DNA of 26,848 bases from Tubiluchus corallicola. Taxonomy: Eukaryota > Animalia > Priapulida. This document shows, in pieces, positions 21,601-26,848 of the stretch. The notes under the pieces are model-generated. The model saw only the letters and a list, made by a program, of their open reading frames with translations, was not told the DNA's origin and did no database searches. The number at the start of each line of letters is the position of its first letter. The first letter of the stretch is position 1. Where the stretch lies: positions 1 to 26,848 of the forward strand of contig JAQGDQ010001493.1 of assembly GCA_030141605.1 (NCBI GenBank), in the 5' to 3' direction. The position numbers and the translations under genes were made by a program.

Positions 21601-23725
21601 CGAATCACAACATGATGTAATTACATCAGTGTACGTACATTTGTACATTGTGTACATACATTTTTGGTTCCTCCACTATCTGTCTATTTTTCAGTGTCCA
21701 CTTCTTCAACTAATAAGCTGTCAGGCTAATTGTTGTAAGCGTAATGTGTTTCTCAGTGTGTGTCTGTGCACGTCTGTGTATTGTCAAACATGACAACTTC
21801 AACATTTTGGTGGATGACAGGTAGTGATCGGTGTGAAGAAGCTGTCAGGCTAATTGTTGTAAGCATAATGTGTTTCTCAGTGTGTGTCTGTGCACGTCTG
21901 TGTATTGTCAAACATGACAACTTCAACATTTTGGTGGATGACAGGTAGTGATCGGTGTGAAGAAGCTGTCAGGCTAATTGTTGTAAGCATAATGTGTTTC
22001 TCAGTGTGTGTCTGTGCACGTCTGTGTATTGTCAAACATGACAACTTCAACATTTTGGTGGATGACAGGTAGTGATCGGTGTGAAGAAGCTGTCAGGCTA
22101 ATTGTTGTAAGCATAATGTGTTTCTCAGTGTGTGTCTGTGCACGTCTGTGTATTGTCAAACATGACAACTTCAACATTTTGGTGGATGACAGGTAGTGAT
22201 CGGTGTGAAGAAGCTGTCAGGCTAATTGTTGTAAGCATAATGTGTTTCTCAGCGTGTGTCTGTGCACGTCTGTGTATTGTCAAACATGACAACTTCAACA
22301 TTTTGGTGGATGGCAGGTAGTGATCGGTGTGAAGAAGCTGTCAGGCTAATTGTTGTAAGCATAATGTGTTTCTCAGTGTGTGTCTGTGCACGTCTGTGTA
22401 TTGTCAAACATGACAACTTCAACATTTTGGTGGATGGCAGGTAGTGATCTGTGTGAGGATTTAGTTTCTTACTGTCATCCATGGCACACACTGGCTTTAT
22501 ACGATTCACTTTAAATTTTCAGATTATTTCCATTACGTTTTTTTCCTTTCACTGTCTGGGACAATCTAACAAGCCCTGCTTTTTGATTGCCCGCAACACA
22601 TTTACATTGTTTGAGACTTTTCCTGTGCAGAAACAATAAAAACTCATTTGTATTATGTTCATTGTAGGCCCTTTCACTATATATTGTACACGAAACTATT
22701 TTAAATGTGTAATAAATGACCACCCCATCTCTACATACTTTACATAATTTGTTGTATTTGCATTATAAATATTATATTAGAGATAAATAAACCTTTGAAT
22801 TGAATCGACTTGAACTGCATCGCATGATTAGTGAGAAATTGAACCTCTTATGAAATTAAATTGCTCCTCAATAAATTTCTCTAAAGGCTGTAAAGATAAT
22901 AACGGTTATCCAATATTGCCGAATTGTAACTGTGGATTTCGATGCGAGTCTGTTGAACACTTTTTGTTGCACTGCCTATTGTATCAACTAGCTAGGGTTG
23001 TTATGTTTGATATATTAAATGAAATACTTCTGCCCGAAAACCTCAATATAGCTGCCTTAGGAACTAATGATCTGTTGAAGTTGTTATTATTCGGAAAAGA
23101 TTAAATTAACTATGTTGCTAACTGTAAAATATTCCAATGCATACATGACTTTATATTACGTACTAAACACTTCCAGTAGTTTCTATCTGATATAAAATGC
23201 ATCAGTCTTAAATAATCGATAAAATGCATCAGTCTTAAATAATCGATAAAATGTATCAGTCTTAAATAATCGTACATTAATATTTTCTAACCACCATTTT
23301 CTACTAATGTCTAATGTAATCTTGTAGTAAAACTTGTCAGCTTGTGTAGTTATAGTCTATTCTTACTGTAAATGTTCTTGTAAATAGTGTATAAAGTCTG
23401 TTGTGGTGAGGATGCTAAATCATGTTGTTCAAACTGTCTGATCCAATCCTAAATAAATTGTTTGAAGTAACTAATAAATTACGATAAATGTGTAAAAGTT
23501 ATTGTTCAGATTCTATAGTGCATCTGGAACATTAAAAAGCAATCATTCTTTCTTCAACTTTCTTTATGAATTTTTAATTCTCTGCTGCAGACGGACATGC
23601 AGGAAGTGTTGGACACTCAGATAAGGACACGCATGAACGAGTCAGGCGAAGAAGACATGACGGTTTCAGAAGCGACCACTCCGTCCACCCCCAGGGGCAT
23701 TTTCAAGATCTTCAGGAGGACCTAG
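305..23725 (+). CDS. BICDL1: Spliced gene: Bicaudal D-related protein (BICDL1/BICDR1/CCDC64-like coiled-coil dynein-dynactin adaptor), 5' part missing or damaged
   Basis: Exons 305-343, 903-1019, 2065-2211, 13949-14143, 14736-14933, 16257-16463, 18009-18209, 20414-20556, 21455-21575 and 23591-23725 join in frame through GT-AG introns (phases 0,0,0,0,0,0,0,2,0) into 500 aa plus TAG. Motifs are colinear with vertebrate BICDL1 as I recall it: QNQRL, LLSDKKSELE, SLYSEI, AAYKHVRNLC, DRD, LDSQLLEAIQQK, DWE-TDMQEV, C-terminal FKIFRR. Confidence 0.9.
433..783. repeat. Imperfect (GA)n polypurine microsatellite
   Basis: About 350 bp of GA/GGA repeats in an intron. Confidence 0.95.
903..1019 (+). CDS. 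BICDL1: BICDL1-like exon (AIRQEQALSVQLCALRE...VEKLKAE)
   Basis: T-rich tract then ctgcag|GCT; 117 nt open; GAG|gtaggc donor; coiled-coil sequence. Confidence 0.9.
2065..2211 (+). CDS. BICDL1: BICDL1-like exon (VNLLSDKKSELENRL...RVKDQT)
   Basis: gattgtag|GTT acceptor; 147 nt open; ACA|gtaaga donor; resembles recalled BICDL1 IKMLSDRKRELEHRL. Confidence 0.9.
2320..2365. repeat. 17-bp tandem repeat, about 2.7 copies
   Basis: tcctgtagggtgttcgg variants. Confidence 0.7.
3440..3757. repeat. Dispersed repeat fragment with an internal direct duplication
   Basis: attttccttgattttaggcttttcagaccttggtcggaaaaacgtcagtttc occurs at about 3498 and 3706. Each copy is preceded by a cagctag...gagcgttgtaa motif, which recurs at about 18601. 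Confidence 0.65.
4275..4958. repeat. 73-bp minisatellite, about 9 copies
   Basis: Period read from gacccggc at 4275, 4348 and 4421; one copy has an internal duplication near 4770-4790. Confidence 0.95.
5391..5785. mobile_element. Non-autonomous hAT-type DNA transposon (MITE)
   Basis: Perfect 15-bp TIRs TAGGGGTGAGCATTC (5391-5405) and GAATGCTCACCCCTA (5771-5785); 8-bp TSD gtagtttg at 5383-5390 and 5786-5793; many subterminal TTCGAA palindromes. Confidence 0.92.
7598..7860 (-). mobile_element. Possible LINE 3' UTR and tail remnant
   Basis: The minus strand ends in AATAAA followed by (AAAT/AAAC)n-like repeats. There is no ORF support. Confidence 0.3.
8194..8820 (-). mobile_element. 5'-truncated non-LTR retrotransposon fragment (ORF2 C-terminus plus 3' tail)
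   Basis: ORF 8378-8818 contains YCLPILLYGFEIW, typical of the post-RT region of LINE ORF2. The minus strand then has AATAAA (8217-8222) and a (TAA)n tail. Confidence 0.8.
9263..9745. mobile_element. Tc1/mariner-pogo-like MITE
   Basis: Left end TA|CAGTCAACCTCGTATATAAGG; imperfect inverted copy CCTTATACCCAAGGTTGA at about 9725-9742; repeated internal gtcccttata motifs. The right terminus is degenerate. Confidence 0.7.
9840..9912 (-). pseudogene. tRNA-derived sequence (tRNA pseudogene or SINE head)
   Basis: Minus strand has a 7-bp acceptor-like stem GATACGG/CTGTATT, A box TGGCCGTGTGG, loop CTTATAA, B box GGTTCAAATC and TTTTT just downstream. The T and anticodon stems are mismatched. Confidence 0.65.
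10240..11533. repeat. 61-bp minisatellite, about 21 copies
   Basis: Unit cttttacacccactgcagagaatgggtaaatttgggtgacctgagccactttagcctccat; period from 10241 to 10302. Confidence 0.97.
11893..13954. repeat. 15-bp minisatellite, roughly 135-140 copies, running into an exon
   Basis: Unit tgatttcagatattg, with variants (gatgttg, gatgctg, tttag, 13-bp gataatgatttta). Confidence 0.98.
13949..14143 (+). CDS. BICDL1: BICDL1-like exon (ILQQEARLQEACESN...SLYSEI...KLSSK)
   Basis: The acceptor gattccag|ATA is the last unit of the 15-bp array; 195 nt open; AAG|gtagga donor. SLYSEI matches the Spindly-type motif of BicD-family adaptors. Confidence 0.85.
14200..14579 (+). mobile_element. RTE-clade LINE 3' fragment, degenerate
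   Basis: Frameshifted translation GIRWPKKISNKDLYEK...KRRRLRWIGHMLRLPDDIPVKIAL is typical of the RTE C-terminus; ends in a (GAA)n-like tail at about 14558-14579. Confidence 0.85.
14736..14933 (+). CDS. BICDL1: BICDL1-like exon, Ser/acidic linker (TNPQSSRL...MEEDIECDGEDE...QENYE)
   Basis: Branch-like cactaac, then catttcag|ACC; 198 nt open; GAG|gtaacc donor; phase 0/0 fits both neighbours. Confidence 0.8.
15030..15540. mobile_element. Non-autonomous hAT-type element
   Basis: Termini CAGTGGC...GCCACTG; perfect 8-bp TSD ccactgtg at 15022-15029 and 15541-15548. Confidence 0.82.
15698..16164. repeat. 32/33-bp minisatellite, about 14 copies
   Basis: Unit ttatgatgaggttaaagctttctggctaggtcc. Confidence 0.96.
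16257..16463 (+). CDS. BICDL1: BICDL1-like exon (LKEEISAAYKHVRNLCEYLK...HDTFSDHIK)
   Basis: T-tract then tattag|CTC; 207 nt open; AAG|gtaagc donor, the first of 10 tandem copies. Resembles recalled BICDL1 LWEAYCQVRYLCSHL. Confidence 0.88.
16392..17471. repeat. 108-bp tandem repeat, 10 copies, spanning an exon end and splice donor
   Basis: Each unit is 72 nt of exon plus 36 nt of intron. Donors fall at 16464+108n; the copy at 17328 is GC. Confidence 0.97.
17547..17640. repeat. 24-bp tandem repeat, about 3.5 copies
   Basis: taatttctttgaacgtatgtagag. Confidence 0.85.
17670..18026. repeat. 51-bp tandem repeat, 7 copies, spanning a splice acceptor and exon start
   Basis: Each unit is 33 nt of intron (ending tttgtccttgcag) plus 18 nt of exon (CATAAAAAAGAGGAGCAG). 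Confidence 0.97.
18009..18209 (+). CDS. BICDL1: BICDL1-like exon (HKKEEQEIEDD...MMRLTDR); 5' boundary ambiguous
   Basis: tctttgcag|CAT is the last of 7 tandem acceptor units; 201 nt open coiled coil; AGG|gtgagt donor. Upstream in-frame acceptors exist. Confidence 0.82.
18739..19994. repeat. 69/70-bp minisatellite, about 18 copies
   Basis: Period from gcactcc at 18741, 18811 and 18881; contains the palindrome atctatagat. Confidence 0.97.
20414..20556 (+). CDS. BICDL1: BICDL1-like exon (LSEQQQNISRLQLEKDRL...DRDTLLE)
   Basis: cattttcag|CTT acceptor; 143 nt; AA|gtgagt donor (phase 2). Confidence 0.9.
20977..21074. repeat. 20/21-bp degenerate tandem repeat, about 5 copies
   Basis: aattatgtagtacatctcgag variants. 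Confidence 0.75.
21455..21575 (+). CDS. BICDL1: BICDL1-like exon, cargo/Rab-binding coiled coil (YNELEKD...QLLEAIQQKVALSREIEDWE)
   Basis: Strong pyrimidine tract tctcag|A (phase 2); 121 nt; GAG|gtaaag donor. AIQQK is the BicD-family C-terminal signature. Confidence 0.93.
21715..22456. repeat. 124-bp tandem repeat, about 6 near-identical copies
   Basis: aagctgtcagg at 21715, 21839, 21963, 22087, 22211 and 22335. Confidence 0.97.
22905..23490 (+). mobile_element. CR1-like LINE 3' fragment (C-terminal zinc-knuckle region and 3' UTR)
   Basis: PNCNCGFRCESVEHFLLHCLLY...LLLFG, then past a stop CKIFQCIHDFILRTKHF, a typical LINE ORF2 end. AT-rich UTR with AATAAA; includes a 27-bp x3 repeat at about 23191-23272. 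Confidence 0.75.
23591..23725 (+). CDS. BICDL1: BICDL1-like last coding exon (TDMQEVLDTQI...GIFKIFRRT*)
   Basis: tctctgctgcag|ACG acceptor; 44 codons then TAG at 23723-23725. The end resembles recalled BICDL1 LFSFFRK. Confidence 0.88.
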   Translation, partial: TDMQEVLDTQIRTRMNESGEEDMTVSEATTPSTPRGIFKIFRRT

Positions 23726-24037
23726 ACCTTTGTTTGCATCAACAATCATTTCTTCAAAGACATCTCCTAGTCAACAATTTTGCAGTGCTGCACAAACATT
23801 TGTAGTCCGGTCAATCCAAAGGAAGGATTAGGCGTAGTCCAAAAGGATGACAGATTTTGGAAGTGAATACCAGATTTATTCATGCCACGTGTTCTTTTCA
23901 AGAAAGATATTTTAGACACACACGTATGAAAAGCAAATGTACATCCGTCCAACAAAGTTTGGGATGTTTGTAACCAAACACCAAAGCCGCAGGGCGAAAA
24001 AGTTATTTTAGATATGCAGATATAGTATATAAGCAAA

Positions 24038-24088
24038 GAGAGTATGAGAGGTGAGAGAGAGAGAGGGAGAGAGAGAAAGGGAGCGGGA

Positions 24089-24127
<39 letters not shown>

Positions 24128-24348
24128 AGTGGGAGTGAGAGAGAGCGGGAGAGAGAAAGGGAGCGGGAGAGAGTGAGAGGGAAAGAGTGAGAGTGAGAGG
24201 GAGAGAGTGAGTGAGAGAGAGGAGTGAGAGAGACCGACCGAGTGAGAGAGAAACCGAGTGAGAGAGAGTGAGTGAGAGAGAGTGAGTGAGAGAGTGAGAG
24301 AGAGTGAGTGAGAGAGAGAGAGAGAGAGGGAGAAAGAGAGAGTGAGTG
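24038..24348. repeat. Imperfect (GA)n/(GAGT)n microsatellite
   Basis: Polypurine tract about 300 bp downstream of the BICDL1-like stop codon. Confidence 0.95.
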
Positions 24349-25166
24349 TTTCACACTTTATGTAACAACAATATGAGTAGGTTTTTCATCCAGGTTAAGT
24401 ACATATTGGTGTAACTGATGTTTGTTCTGTGATATCATCTTCCGTCTTCACTTTCTAATGTTGTACATTTCTAAGACGGAAACTCAATCTACTCGTAGCA
24501 AGTTTCTGTGCGAAAACGACAACTGCATTAACTAAGAGCTGGACTGCGGATGCTGTCGCTTCCGTAGTTCACAAAATTACCACTAGGGGCACTCGCTTGC
24601 AATATTTAGACTGTCTTGAGTGCTGTATTGTGGAGATAAATAGTATAGCAAGAATATGTACGTTAATCCGTCCGAGATATAACGATATGAAGCAATACTT
24701 TCATAACTACAACTTAGTAGTAGACGACATCATTTCATTTTATAATGCACAACCATTTACTACGACGTTATGTGATAGTTCGCAAATAAATAATGTAATG
24801 TTCTATATTTGTATTGCAAATTGTTGTAAATATAATAAAACTTTGTCCAGGGTTGTGCGGAAAAACTGTGTAATGATTTTTGCTGATCAAATACAAAAAC
24901 CATTTTGCTTGCACAACCGCGGTGGTTGTAAAAAAAAGAATAGAATAAGAGACGCAAGACAATGATCATCATTCATATGATGTATTTATTAAAAGTGATG
25001 TAATTTACATAAATTGTCATGCGATAAGAGAATTAATCTGTACTTTATACAGAAGTATAATGCCCGAAAATACTCAAAGAAATTAAAATTGACGTTATAC
25101 GTACATTATGATTAAAGTTAACAAGCAAGAAACGACTAAAACTGTTGAGCAATTTCTAATCATAAT

Positions 25167-26848
25167 AATGGTTGCACCCGCACAAGCGCAGTAATTTCTC
25201 ACAATGGCTGCACAAGCGCAGTAATTTCTCACAATGGCCACACAAGCGCAGTAATTTCTCACAATGGCCGCATCCGCACAAGCGCAGTAATTTCTCACAA
25301 TGGCCACACCCGCACAAGCGCAGTAATTTCTCACAATGGTTGCACCCGCACAAGCGCAGTAATTTCTCACAATGGTTGCACCCGCACAAGCGCAGTAATT
25401 TCGCAGAATGACTAGCTCATGGCACCAGCTCAATATGTCAGGAGTGGCCCGTACTAGACGTTTTTGAGACAATTAGACGATTGATTCTACATTACAGTGA
25501 GTCTAATGCACGGTGCCTACTGTAGTAACTTAGTTTCGATAAATACGTTGAACTGGCAAATTCGTACCGACGTCTCCCCACTTTTGTCCGGCAAACCGAG
25601 ATACGAGTGTAATAACTTTCTGTTGTTATTTTTTGTTGAAACACATAGCTGTCAGCTAGCAGGCAGTCAGACTACCACCAACCATGTGTCTCTGATATTG
25701 TGAGATTTTGCTTAAAAATCTATTGCGTCTCTAACACTTCCGATTGTCTTACAGAAAAGAAGATTATCCAGAAATTCATAGACTGTTTCCTCGCGCCGAG
25801 ATTAAGTACGTAGAGGGCGCCGGTCACTGGGTGCATTACGATAAGCCGCAGGAGCTACTCCATCTTCTGACGGAATTTCTCAACAAACCAAGCAGTCTGT
25901 AACTTGGCGTGTGATCAGGGTGGATTTCGCACGAGGCACGCTAAGTTTGCTGCTGTTGCATGGGAGGAATTGGTTTTTACGGTTGTTAACACTGTGAGTT
26001 TTTAGCTAGAAGTGTAAGCTGCATGTAGTTCCAAGGTAAAATCTGTGATAATCGTTACTATTAAGTAACAAACCCATTAACGTCAGCCAATCACAAATGA
26101 CACATTTTTTGTTCGTATCAAAAGTGATTTTTTTTACTACGTAGTTGCAGAACGGAGCAATGTTATGCTTTGCCAGCTTATCGCCCATTGATGCTATATT
26201 GGCTTCGGGTTTCTGTGCGATTGTCCTAAATGATCTGTGAATGATTCATTAGTCATTAGCATTGTTCTGAGCTGCGCATAAACTATTTAACTGAACACAT
26301 AATTTGTTAATTCGAGGTAAAATTTGTTTCGTTTTCTGAACGATTTTGTGTCGAAAAGATGTACTGAATCAAAAAATAATATGGAGAGAGATCTTATTAA
26401 CGTGTTGGCAGCCACGATCTTATTAACGTGTTGGCAGCCATATCGGCACCGCTTTTGATTTTTCCAGTGCACAATATGAAATGCACCGTCCGGGCACGTG
26501 AAATTTACTCGCGTCTAAATTTTAACGCTTCTTGTTGCAGTTTAATGTTCAGCGTGTTGCAGTCTTATTTGAAATGAGGTTCGGTGCCATGAGCTAGTCA
26601 TTCTGCGAAATTACTGCGCTTGTGCGGGTGCAACCATTGTGAGAAATTACTGCGCTTGTGCGGGTGCAACCATTGTGAGAAATTACTGCGCTTGTGCGGG
26701 TGTGGCCATTGTGAGAAATTACTGCGCTTGTGCGGATGCGGCCATTGTGAGAAATTTCTGCACTTGTGCGGCCATTTTGAGAAATTACTGCACTTGTGCG
26801 GGTGCAACCATTGTGAGAAATTACTGCGCTTGTGCGGGTGCAACCATT
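25167..26848. mobile_element. Foldback/Pack-TIR-like element with long modular inverted arms
   Basis: The left arm 25167-25426 and right arm 26583-26848 are near reverse complements. Each has seven 36/30-bp units (aatggttgcacccgcacaagcgcagtaatttctcac) plus a 20-bp inner tail. The right arm reaches the window edge, so the TSD cannot be checked. Confidence 0.75.
25755..25902 (+). CDS. ABHD11: Isolated terminal exon of an ABHD11-like alpha/beta hydrolase (gene fragment)
   Basis: Branch-like ctctaac, then tgtcttacag|A followed by KEDYPEIHRLFPRAEIKYVEGAGHWVHYDKPQELLHLLTEFLNKPSSL-TAA. This matches recalled ABHD11 PEIMRLFPRA...AGHWIHADRPQ, including the catalytic His. I saw no upstream ABHD11 exons (e.g. 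GHSMGG) in the window. Confidence 0.85.

Noticed and set aside
19106-22444. Repeated ORFs in the 69/70-bp and 124-bp arrays
   Set aside because: Repeat-derived; mixed or non-3n unit lengths break the frame and there is no recognisable protein.
10240-22456. CRISPR-like arrays
   Set aside because: The repeats are head-to-tail with no unique spacers, no cas genes are present, and the context is a eukaryotic intron.
24578-24596. CTCF-like motif ccactaggggcac
   Set aside because: One base short of the core consensus, and a single short motif is not supportable without data.
25095-26843. Cys/His-rich ORFs (CGCNHCEK, HPHKRSNFSQW) resembling metallothionein or zinc fingers
   Set aside because: They are translations of the 36/30-bp units in the inverted arms and are open on both strands, with no splice or homology support.

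Overview
This is AT-rich animal (probably invertebrate) genomic DNA, not prokaryotic. Most of the window (124-23725, + strand) is a spliced gene for a Bicaudal-D-related dynein adaptor (BICDL1/BICDR1-like). Nine clean GT-AG exons plus the intact end of a damaged upstream exon join in frame to give 500 aa, from MAQNQRLAEQLKE to GIFKIFRRT-stop. The introns hold many unrelated minisatellites (about 30% of the window), two intact hAT-type MITEs with 8-bp target-site duplications, a Tc1/pogo-like MITE, LINE fragments and tRNA-derived sequence. Two things stand out. First, three tandem arrays (15, 108 and 51 bp units) are amplified copies of the gene's own splice junctions, creating arrays of competing acceptors or donors. 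Second, downstream of the gene a foldback-like element with mirror-image, tandem-repeat arms encloses an isolated, intact last exon of an ABHD11-like hydrolase, which looks like gene-fragment capture. Most long ORFs in the supplied track are repeat artefacts. Homology calls are from recalled sequences, not from a database search.
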